DNA of 48,442 nucleotides, counting the filler, from Jimgerdemannia flammicorona (lineage: Eukaryota), in NCBI GenBank assembly GCA_003990765.1. It is 2 parts of 2 records of this genome, joined end to end, with 100 filler letters (N's around TTAATTAATTAA, not from the genome) between each part and the next. Parts side by side here need not be neighbours in the genome. Positions count along the whole stretch, not along the records: positions 1 to 24,176 come from RBNJ01001012.1; 1 more part is not named here. One strand, 5' to 3'. Positions 11,760 through 22,328 of the stretch are shown here, in pieces. Positions within the stretch are counted from its first letter, which is position 1. The number at the start of each line of letters is the position of its first letter. Below the pieces are notes generated by a model, which searched no databases, was not told the DNA's origin, and saw only the letters and a list, made by a program, of their open reading frames with translations. Both the position numbers and the translations under genes were made by a program.

Positions 11760-13620
11760 ATGAACAATTGCCACTACCCAAACAACTACACAAACTGAGC
11801 CCCAATACTCAGATAAGATGAATATGAGACCACCAGTATTTCATGGATATACCTCAGATGAATCAATCATCACCTTCATTGATAATTTCAAGCAGTATAC
11901 TGCTGTAAGGACCCTGACAGTAGTACAGCAAGTAGTCCTTATACCCTTTAGCCTATGAGGCCCTGCAAGAGCAGCATTCACAGCTACAAACTATGTAGGA
12001 AATGATACCAATACTACACTGATAGCATAGAAGACCTGGCTTCGAAACACCTACTACATAGATGAGATCAAGTAAGCTCTGAAGGATCAGCTCAATACAA
12101 TATACCAAGGAATGAGCAAAGATCCAAACACATTCTACACCAGAATCTGATATCAGATAATCCTTGCAGATTATGCCAATGCTATCTGAGACCAAGTAGC
12201 CAAAGCAACCTTCATGAAAGAAGTCCACCCAGAGATAGCCATGGCCATCTGCTCATCACCAGTGATTCTGGATCTACCACAGAAGGTCACCTATGCTCAG
12301 CGATACTAGATAGCCAGATATCCACAAGACCATATAATGGAAAGAGTCACAGGAGTCAAAATTGAAGCACCCAAGGCAATCAGTGTGATCTCTACCACAA
12401 TGATCAATCGAAACACACCTCAGCCAAAAGCTACAGAGCAGCAAAAGAACAGTGACCCTATGGAGGAACTTGCCAAAAGGTTTGCCGAAATGACTGCCCA
12501 CCTGAGAGATGTGGTAGAGAAAATTCGAGGAAGAGACCGCCACCCTGTTCAGAAGTTTGCCACCACCTCAGACAAGAAGAAAGATACCTGCTACAGCTGT
12601 AGAGAAGAAGGCCACTACTCATATGAATGTATGAGTGAAACCAAGCACAAGGCCCAACCAAGCAATGCTATTAGAAATAAGAAACAGACCAATACAATCA
12701 TCTTTGAAGAAATTGGAGAATCTGATGAAGAGGAATGAGAGGCTTATCCTGCTCAGACCACTAAGAAGAATGTTCACAAAGAACCCTACAAGAGACCACC
12801 AGGAAGACCCAAGAAGAACCCAGTGGAAAAGCAGATGGAAACTGCCACAGAAAGCCAAGCCAAAGAGATGGACCAAGATATGGAGCTGGAGCAAGCAGTT
12901 CAAGATATTATCTGAGGAACCACTCCAGCCAGTAAAGGAGAAAAAGAAAAGAAGCTTTGCAAGACCAAGACCTTCAAGTATGATATCTTCAAAGACCTCA
13001 GTCAACAAAAGGTCAATGCAACCTTTGTCAGCTTACAGAAATCCTGATATTCAGATAGCAAATGAGGTTTGGACTTACCAAAACAACCAAGGAACAAGGA
13101 TGGAAGATAACCGAGGCCAATAATGTTCAAGAAGACTCAAGAGAAAAAAGTGAGGACAATTGCAAAACCTCTGCTTATGCAACATGCCAAATCGAAGATA
13201 GAATCTTTGAAGCCATCATTGATACTGGAGCAGGAGGATGTCTCCTAGCAAGAAGGCAGCAGATCACCTAGGTTGGGATGTGGAAGAAGCAACTAAGCTG
13301 GTATTTGTTACAGCTGATGGTACAAGAGCCACACCTCTGGGAAAAATCTGAGATGTTCTCATTAAGATTGGAGGAGCAACTATCCCAGTAGATATAATTG
13401 TAACCAACACTACCAACTATGACATCCTCATCAGCAATCAATGGCTTCACAAAGCCAAGGCAGTAATTGATCTCAATGCTCAGAAGATGCAGATCACCTA
13501 CTGGGAACAGAAGATACAAATTCCCATCAATGTCAACAAAGGAGTCCTGCTCGACATGGAGAAAGAAGAGAGTGAGCAAGAGGAAGCTTATATAGTGATT
13601 ACTCCAAAAAAAAAAGAAAG
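11760..13620 (+). pseudogene. Gypsy B gag (CCHC knuckle) and aspartic protease
   Basis: MNN..MRPPVFHGY start, CX2CX4HX4C at ~12589-12630, DTGA at ~13221, DILI.NQWL. Contains stops and small frameshifts. Confidence 0.9.
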
Positions 13621-13869
13621 TTGGATGGATGAGTGAAGAAGAATGGTACAAGAAGATTGCAGAAGGCTATGCACCACAAGGAGTCTGTCCCCATAGGATC
13701 AAGATGTATTGTATGGAGCACACTAATGATTGCTATCAGTGCACCATCGGAATCAAGAAGATTCATGAGGAAAGAAGACAGAAAGCCCTTGAGAAATAGG
13801 TCAGAGAAGAAGAGAAGAAGGAAGATGATGAACCACCAGCCCTCCTGAAGGACAGTGATGATGAAGAAG

Positions 13870-14300
13870 AAATCAAGGTCAAGATTTGAAAGATCCACCC
13901 TAATACAGTCTTGCCAGAATATAAGTCAGAAAATGCAGCCAGAATGGACATTGCTATAGTAGAAGAGACTATACTAGAACCCCAGACAACCACCCTACTT
14001 GCAACTGGACTGGAGATGACTATTCCAAAGGATCATGTTGGGATTCTCAAGACAAGAAGCAGCCTGGCTAGAAGCAAAATCACAATCAAAGGAGGAGTCA
14101 TCAATTTAGACTATACTGGAGAAATTCTACTCATTGCTAGGAATCACAATCCTACAATTCCATTTCCAGTCAAGAAGAAGGACTGATTGGCACAAATGCT
14201 GATCTTTCCAATCCTACAACCAAAGATCATAGAAGTTAAGAAGCTGGAGGAAACAAAAAGAGGAAAAAAAGGATTTGGATCTACAAGAAGAGGAGTATTC
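13870..14300 (+). pseudogene. dUTPase domain of Gypsy B, between protease and RT
   Basis: AARMDI, RSSLA, GGVINLDYTGEI, *LAQML and TKRGKKGFGST correspond to trimeric dUTPase motifs I-V; in frame with RT. Confidence 0.93.
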
Positions 14301-15809
14301 GCCAGCACCAAGATCACTGAACTCAAGCATAAGAAGGAGGAAAACACAAGCAAGTACAGCTACACCATCAGAAATGAATTTCCACTCAAGAAAGAACTCA
14401 AGAAAATACTCCATGAATTTGAAGATGTCCTTACCACAGATTTCAAAGATATCAAAGGAAAGACCCCACACTACTATCATGAAGTAGATACTGGAGACAC
14501 TGAACTAATTTATCAGAAGGCAAGACCTGTCCCGCCAGCCTACCAAGAATGGCTCAGAGAAGAAATCAAGCAGATGGAAGAAGTCAGCATCATTAAAGAA
14601 GCCAGCAGCCCCTGGTCCTCATCTATTGTACTAGTCCCAAAAAAAGGCAGTAAGCCTGGAGAATTCGCCCCAAGACTCTGTGTCGACTACAGAAAGCTCA
14701 ACATGGTTACCAAGAAGGATCGCCAACCACTGCCCCTCATCAATGATATCCTTATAACACTGGGAGACAAAGCACAGTACTATAGCACTTTGGACTTATA
14801 CTCAGGATTCCACCAAATCGGACTCACAGATATGGCAAGTGAAAAGTCAGCTTTCATTACCCCAGATGAAACCTACATCTACCTACAAATGCCATTTGGA
14901 ATGTGCAATACACCAGCAAGTTTCCAGCGAATGATGAACAAAATCTTCCACTATGACATAAGAAGATGGATGATGGTCTATGTTGATGATGTAATCATCT
15001 ACAGCCAGACACCAGAATAACACCTACAGTACATCTGGTAGATAATGGAAAGACTGAGAGAGCATGGCCTATACATTAAGCCCAAGAAATGTAAATTCGC
15101 AGAAATCAAGATCTTCTATCTTGGTCACATTATCAACTAAGATGGAACATACATGGACCCTCTCAAGATACAAGCAGTGGCAGCATATCTAAGACCCATC
15201 ACTGTTACAGAAGCCCAAGCCTTCATAGGACTTGCCTCCTATTATTGTAGATTTATTAGAAGATTTTCTAATATTGTGGGACCAATCTATGAACTTAACA
15301 AGAAGGATACCAAGTTCCAGTAGACTGGCAGATAACAAAAAGCATTTGATGAACTCAAGGTTAGACTGACCCAGGCACCCATCTTCAGAAGACCTGACTG
15401 GACTCAAGAATTCATCCTACAGACTAATGCAAGTGCACAAGGACTAGGAGCAGTCTTAGCTCAAAAGAAAGATAAAGTGGAGTATGTCATTGCATACCTC
15501 AGCTGCAGAACCTGAGGAGCTAAAAAAGAATATGAATCCTATAAGTTGGAATGCCTTGCAGTCATCTGGGCCATAGAAAAGTTCCACTACTACTTGGCTG
15601 GAAGACACTTCACCATTCAAACAGACCACTCAGCTCTCATCTGGCTACTGACAACTGGACAACCCAAAGGAATCTATGCCAGATAGATAATGAAGTTGCA
15701 AGCTTATGATGTAACCATTGTACACCACTCTGGAAAAACCAATGCCAATGTAGATACCCTCTCACAGACACCCCGAACTACCTCCAACCAACAAATCAAT
15801 CATGAATAA
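14301..15809 (+). pseudogene. Reverse transcriptase and RNase H of Gypsy B
   Basis: SPWSS.IVLVPKK, RLCVDYRKLN, LDLYSGFHQI, MPFGMCN.PASFQ, YVDD, QTNAS, LECLAVIWAIEKF, QTDHSAL, NVDTLS. Frame ends at TAA 15807-15809. Confidence 0.95.
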
Positions 15810-17004
15810 GGAGCTCTACTACAGAATTATCACATACCTGGGATAGCAAAAAATGCCCCAATATCTGGAAGAATGGACACAAATGATTATCAACAGAACA
15901 TGGAAACAATTCGAAACTGATGGAGAAATACTGAAGAAAGAAAAACTACTAGTCATACCAGAATACAAGAAGGAGTAAGCAATGAAATCAGTATATGAAC
16001 TTGGCCATCTAGGAGGAACAAATACTTATAACAAGGCAAGAAGAACAATATGGTAGCCAGAGATAGAGGAAGATATCAGACAATTCATCAAGACCTGCGA
16101 TAAATGCCAGAAACAGAAACAAGACCAATGAAATCAAGCTCTAGGATCAGCAAACATAGAACCAGTACTATTTGCCCACATTGCAATAGATGTAATTGGT
16201 CCTCTACTCTTGACTTTGACTGGCAACCAATATATCATTGTCATCGTAGACCTTTTTACAAAATGGATAGAAGCAGGACTCCTCATAGAAGCCAATGCAC
16301 AGTCAATCACCAATTTCTTCCACAAAGAAATCATCTGCTGATTCAAGACCCCATTGCAAGTAACTACAGATAGAGGAATGGAATTTGTAAATCAGTTCTT
16401 CGAAGTTCTCTACAAGAAGTACAAGATCCAGTATATTCAGACCACAGCATATCACCCTCAAGGAAATGGATAAGTAGAAAGAACCAACAAGACTCTCAAG
16501 AATATTATTGCCAAGATCTGCGATAACTATGAGAACTGGGATTACTATCTGCCAATAGCATTATCTGCTCTCCAGGATATCTGATCACAAAGTACCCACT
16601 TTACTCCTCAAGAAATACTGTTCAGAGAAGAATGATCTCAGGGAACCCTATTATCTAATAGAGATGCTGTATGGAAATATGTGGACACGGAAATATAGAG
16701 ACTACACCAAATCAGGAAGAAGACTGAGGATTACATAACCAAGGTGCAGATACTACAATGGAGGAATGTGGAAAAAACCCACAAACCTCTGGAGATTATC
16801 AAGATAGGAGATAAAGTTCTAGTATATCGGAATATGGTAGAAGCTTCATGGTCACAAAAACTGAAGCCCAAGTGGAAAGGACCTTACCTTGTGCAAGATA
16901 TAAAAGGGACCACCTTTTGGCTATAAAAACTCTCAGGTACAATTATCTCTACTACTATCTACTGAAACAGACTCAAGAAGTACCATGATCAGCCAATGAA
17001 GTAA
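15802..17004 (+). pseudogene. Integrase of Gypsy B, with its own ATG in a different frame from RT-RH
   Basis: MNKELYYRIITYL..GHLGG..W*PEIEEDIRQFIKTCDKCQ..IAIDVIGPL..VDLFTKW..TDRGMEF..YHPQGNG..WKGPY. No chromodomain recognised. Confidence 0.93.
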
Positions 17005-17510
17005 TACAGCTACCCTCAAGATCACCAGCACTGCCCAACAAGCCATAGAGAGACAATGGTGTTCTACTGAACCACCAACAATGGAGGAATCCTTTGATAG
17101 TATACAAAGTATAGTCCAGACCCACCTATCATGAATTTTACACTTCAAAGCCTACCAGACATGAACTGAGTTTCAGGAATACTTCAAGCTAAGACAACTA
17201 CTGAATTCAAATCCAAAGATGGGGAAAGAAGACTGGATTAAAGAATGTCAGCTCACCTACATTCAGATCATGATCACTAAGAGAGTACACAAATTATTCA
17301 AAGATGATGAGTTAGCTCTAGCTCATCTTCGAGAAGTAATCCCAGGAGATTTCAGACAGGTTAGGAGACAACATTGGAAGAATGTGATGGTGCAAATTGC
17401 ACAGTACAAGGAGATACAGATCATAGAAGCCTGGGAGTTTGAGTGAATAGGATACTTTAGGGATGAATCACCTATTTAGGAGAAAGTTGTGACAGTCAAT
17501 CCAAATTAGT
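16985..17510 (+). pseudogene. Accessory ORF3 of Gypsy B (env position), function unknown
   Basis: One frame with few stops: ..TEFQEYFKLRQLLNSNPKMGKEDWIKECQLTYIQIMITKRVHKLFKDDELALAHLREVIPGDFRQVRRQHW..; may extend through the PPT into the LTR. Confidence 0.7.
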
Positions 17511-17983
17511 AACATGAATCAGGGGAATTAGACATTTGATCATGGTACCTGAATCCAATTCCCAATATAGCTTAGCCTTACAAATAGCAGTTATATTTTA
17601 TAAGTATAGAAACTTTAACATTCATAGAAACTTTGACAACTGTAGAAATTCTACAGATATAAATCCTTCACAATCATAAAGATTCTAGCAGATGTAGAGA
17701 ATTTATACTTACTGATTTACAGAAAACATAGCCATAACTTAGCCACCTTATAGCTAGCAAAACTTGTATAAATAACCCAGTATCTTAGAGTGAATAAACC
17801 TTAGATCGAAATAGTTCAAAGCAAAGAGATAGCAAAGGAACCAGTAAGCCTGTGAGCAGATATACTTCAAACTCACCCACTCTCCCCTGCAACTTCAAAA
17901 GACTCTGCGAGAGTTAGAACGGTCAAGTTTTCAAGATACAGAAATCTGATGTACTTTCAAGAGTAAGCGTCCACTATGTTACA
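17488..17983 (+). repeat. 3' LTR of Gypsy B
   Basis: Ungapped match to 11208-11703, about 38 substitutions by manual count. Confidence 0.96.
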
Positions 17984-18179
17984 CTATATAAAATGAATAA
18001 AACTTATAAATAACTCTATACTAATGAGCAATTCTATACTAATCAATAGAAACTATATATCAGTAAGTAGTAAGCAATAGTAATAATAACAATATAGATA
18101 TAATAGGAAGTTTTTTAGAGTATTAAAAGTATTTTATTATATCTTATATATATATATATCAATATTACTTATATTTCTT

Positions 18180-18914
18180 TATTTGTAAATAGATTTGGAT
18201 TTATATTATAGATAATTTCTTTTGTTAATATTGCTCAGAATTTCCATTTTTCACTACTCTATTTATCTATTTTTATACTTATAAGCAGAGAATTTATATC
18301 TTTTTCAGTCATCTAAATAGTACTCAGTTAGTTATAATTTATGTAGTTCTTTTTATTTATATATTCTGAAATATATCTCATTGAGCAAGAGTATTAAAAT
18401 ATTTTAGTTATAGCAACTTAATATATAGTAATACAGTCTGATTATATTATTACTATAAACATTATAATATATGTAAAAGTATATATAAGTTAGTATTAAT
18501 AAACAATACTCTTTTTCTCTCTACTCTTCCCAAGTATTTTATAATAATTTTATTATAGTCTATCTTGTCTAGATATCTTAGTTTAATTTGAATATATATT
18601 TGAGTAATAGTAGTTATTCATTATTTAGCTTAAAAGTGAGAGATTTATTTTAAATACTAGTTAATAAATACTAAGTTGTAATATAGTAGATATATACTAG
18701 TAGAAGTATAGTAAATTTTTTTATTTTAAATACTTGATCTTTTTTAACTTCTCAGAGTTCTCAGATATAGAGATGGGTGAGTTAGAAGTATATCTGCTTA
18801 CAGGCTTACTAGTTTTTTATCTCTTTGCTTAAACTATTTTAATCTGAGATTTATTTACTTTAGATATTAAAAATATTTATATAAATTTACTAGCTATATA
18901 TAGTAGCTATATAT
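18180..18914 (-). mobile_element. Relic of a B-related Gypsy element: eroded gag start, PBS and part of the 5' LTR (18677-18914), interrupted by the solo A-LTR
   Basis: Reverse complement of 18770-18900 matches the B LTR (AAGCAAAGAGATA..CTAGTAAGCCTGTAAGCAGATATACTTC.AACTCACCCA). 18620-18676 matches the B leader (CTCACTTT.AAGCT..ATGAA). Confidence 0.75.
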
Positions 18915-19134
18915 TGTAATGGTGACTCCAGAATGATGACATTAAGCCTTTCCTTATAAGCTGTACAAGAAGATTATATGGCATATGAGATAAGTAATGA
19001 TGACCAACTGTGAGTCATTGTGACTATAGTACAAGCATTCTGAAGAATATAAAAGAAGGATCAAGGAACTGCAGTAGCAGCAATCAACAAGAACCACCAA
19101 TCCCAAAATAGCTCAAAGACTTACTACAAATAAA

Positions 19135-19953
19135 ATATCTGCTGCCTGCCAAACCTCAAGGTCAAGAAACCACCAAGGTACCTCAGTCAAAGAAAGAATA
19201 TTCCAAGACATCAGAAGAGCCATGGAGACCTACCCAAGAAGGACTCCTAGTGTCAACCTGAGTACTGCAGACCCTTATCACTTTATTCTCTACCATTATG
19301 AAATGGAAATAAGGATCACCATTGCTATTGAATGCCTCCAAATGTGATAGGAGTATGAAATAGAAAATCTCCTCTACCAGGTATTCTCATAGACCAATAC
19401 TCAAGAGCTACAAGATGCCACTTTCATGGATATATGTGAAACATAGACAGCTAAGAAGATCCATCAGATCTTCAGGCATGCACTATGGTTAATCCCCAAC
19501 TTGGAGTATGTTAGAGTCTCAGACTTCAGAGACCTATCATCCTGCCATATCAATGTACTAGAAGCCAGGGTGGCTACAGAAGCCCAGTCCACTATTATCC
19601 TCAATAGTGAAGAAGTAGAAGACTTCTGGCACTCTATCCTCCAGGACAATCCAGATCAATTTCTACAAGGATTGATCTCAGTATTCCAAGGCCCAAGCAT
19701 CCAGGTTAGACCTCCCCAAGACCTCACATTTGTTTTCTATTTTGTGGAAGAGAACCTCATAGACTGGAGAGCTCCAGATCTCCTTGTTCCCAATTTCCCT
19801 GCCACAGCTGAACATGATGACATTATTGGCGATAATATCATCCCACGTGACATATGTGAAATGTATGACCTACATAACGAGTTTGCAGATCTCATCTCCT
19901 TCAGTAATGATGATGATGATGAAGCCCCCATGGTCCTGAACTTTCTGCTTTAA
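19135..19953 (+). pseudogene. LTR-encoded ORF of ~272 codons in family A; also present at minus 7615 downward and minus 2234 downward
   Basis: Same frame in three LTR copies with stops at different codons. ATG is present in two copies (ATA here). The last 150 codons are open in this copy. Confidence 0.8.
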
Positions 19954-19970
19954 GTTCTTTGTTATACTGG

Positions 19971-20085
19971 ATAATGCCAGCACCGGTATTCTCATATAAC
20001 ACTGAATAATGCCAGCACTGGTATTCTCATATAATACTGAATAATACTAGTACTGGTATTTGATGTAACACTAAATAATGCCAGC
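19971..20085 (+). repeat. ~35-bp tandem repeat in LTR-A (ATAATGCCAGCACTGGTATTCTCATATAACACTGA), about 3.5 copies, upstream of the TATA-like box at 20190-20199
   Basis: Directly visible; the counterpart lies at ~6610-6735 on minus. Confidence 0.85.
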
Positions 20086-20567
20086 ATCCTGAACCTGTAC
20101 AACCATCAGTGCCAACCCTGGAACTTAGTAGTTTTAGTTATTGGAATTTATATTTAGCTTTATATCTTAGCAACCATTGAATTATATTTTGTATAAATAC
20201 CTCTCTTATTTCCTCTGAAATAAAGTCAGTCAAGTTTACCTACACACACTTCCTTACAAGCAATCTAAGAGATAACAAGACAGTTAAAGATAAGAAGTTT
20301 GAGAACTATAAGACCTTGAGAAGGCACTCCAATAAGAACTTGCTTATAATAAACTTGAGTTAGTCTAAGAGATATACATACCTTGAAGAGAATCTGACGT
20401 ATTTAAAGGACTCAGTAACCACTACTTGACAATATATAGTAGCTAATATAAGACTTCTTTTTCTATAAGTTATTTTATATAGTTAAGAGATTGGTATATT
20501 TGTAAAATATATATAGATAAGAGATCAGTATATCTGAGAGATTCATACAGTTATACTTTTTATATGA

Positions 20568-21750
20568 TTTTTTTTTTTTTTAATAGACTCAATGTCTCAT
20601 GGATTTTTATTAGAAGAGAACCTAGACTATATAGGCCAAAACTCTCCCCCACCACTCATCAAGCACTGCCTCTCCATTAACCTATACAAGCTATTGTCCA
20701 GTAGCTCAACTATGCCAGGTGCAGTAGGACCAATATTGGCCCACATCTCATTCTGTGTACCATGCTCTTTCTACCACTAGGAGAAAACTCAGCCATATGC
20801 TAATAACTGAAAGCATATGCCTGAGAATCCAACATATGTATAAGGCTATGCCCAAGATGAATAGAATAGCTCATGCTACCCTAAAGAGAATAATAGACAA
20901 AGAAAAAACTCTCATCAAAGTACAACATAGTGGGTAGGGCCTGGTTCTCTCAGTTGAGATGAGTAAAGAACTTACACATGAGGTGGGAGGAGACCCCCAA
21001 TACTCTACTACTCAAGTCTGTGGGCCTTGATTACATTGCTATATTAGCTCCTAGTTCCAGTTGAGTGTAGCCAAGACACCTGAAATAGGTAGCCTTAGGC
21101 CCCCTGACCTCTCTGATAACTGGGGTCCAATCTGCCAAATCATCAAAAGAAGCTGAGAGTGACACCTATTACCTAACTATGCTATATCAATCAAAAGGCC
21201 CCACTGAAGCAGCACTCACTCCAGTCCTGATAACTGCCCCCAGTCTGGTACTCTACTGATTCATCATTATCATCCTTCCTCCTATCTGTGATGACTATCT
21301 CCCCTCCTATCCTGACAATATCTGAAAAGCAGTCACCTATACCAGAACTGGGCTTGCCAGGAAGCTCACCAAAGCCAGAGGGCCCCACCATAGATACTGA
21401 GAACCTGTAGGTAGCCTATACTGAGCACTAGATATCCAAGGTTGGCTGACTCTCTATATAGTCTGAGATACATCAAGACAGTATCTTGTTGGTGACAGCA
21501 AAAGGAAAAAGGTGCTACACCAAAATGGATATACTCTAGATGTAGCCAAAGATACCAGAAACTGTGAAAAAGTAGAGGAAATACTGATCAGATACTAATA
21601 AAGAGGTAACTTATCACTATTATCTCTCTTTCACTGCTCTACAACAGGTACAGCAAACCAACTTAAGATAGAGGAGGTTATAATTATAGAAAGTAGACTT
21701 GGAAGGTTATCTACCAAACTATTGTGACCAGTAAAGTAGTAGAGAAAGAG
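20568..21750 (-). mobile_element. CpG-depleted repeat with poly(A) end; possible non-LTR retroelement fragment
   Basis: T-run at 20568-20581, with AATAAA on minus ~25 nt upstream; no CpG; no diagnostic protein motif recognised. Confidence 0.35.
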
Positions 21751-22328
21751 AGGCTGTATTTTTTATATGATCATACAAATTGTCCAACTGAGAGATTGAG
21801 TGACTGCTAAATTATAATACTATACTATATCATTTAGATCAACTATTATAATACTATATATAATAAAATATCTATTTTTTAATTTTTATTTCTAATTTAG
21901 ATTATATATTATTTAGAATTAACTTTAAACTTTTAAATAAAAAATTATTTAATATATTTTAATTTTATTTATTATATTTATAAAATATTAATATTAATTA
22001 ATTTTTAAATATATATTTAATATATTTTATTGGCTTAACTTATTTAATAATTTATATTTATAAAAGTAAAATTGAAACTCAAAATTATAATAAATTAAAG
22101 TTATAAATATAAAAATTTAAAAAAGATAATTATATCTTTAAAGAAACTTTAAATATTTAAATAATTAAAAAAGTTCTCATTATCTTCAATATATTAATTG
22201 ATAAAATATCAAATAATAAAAATATATTTCAAAATAATGCACATTATTCTATTACTGAACAAGATTTTACATTTCTTTGTCTTTCTAATGTAACAACTTA
22301 TTTCATATTTCAGTCTCAACTATTTACA

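Larger units (their letters stand above)
11208..17983 (+). mobile_element. Full-length Ty3/Gypsy LTR retrotransposon B: gag-PR-dUTPase-RT-RH, IN, ORF3; inactivated by stops
   Basis: 496-bp LTRs (11208-11703, 17488-17983), TSD CTAT (11204-11207 and 17984-17987), PBS-like 11707-11720, PPT AGGAGAAAG before 17488. Motifs CYSCREEGHYSYEC, AIIDTGAGG, dUTPase GFGST, RT LCVDYRKLN/MPFG/YVDD, RH QTNAS, IN GHLG..CDKC..TDRG..WKGPY. Confidence 0.97.
18915..20431 (+). mobile_element. Solo LTR of family A (1517 bp) with 4-bp TSD ATAT
   Basis: TGTAATGGTGAC...CTTGACA; ATAT at 18911-18914 and 20432-20435; homologous along its length to 6246-7857. Confidence 0.93.
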
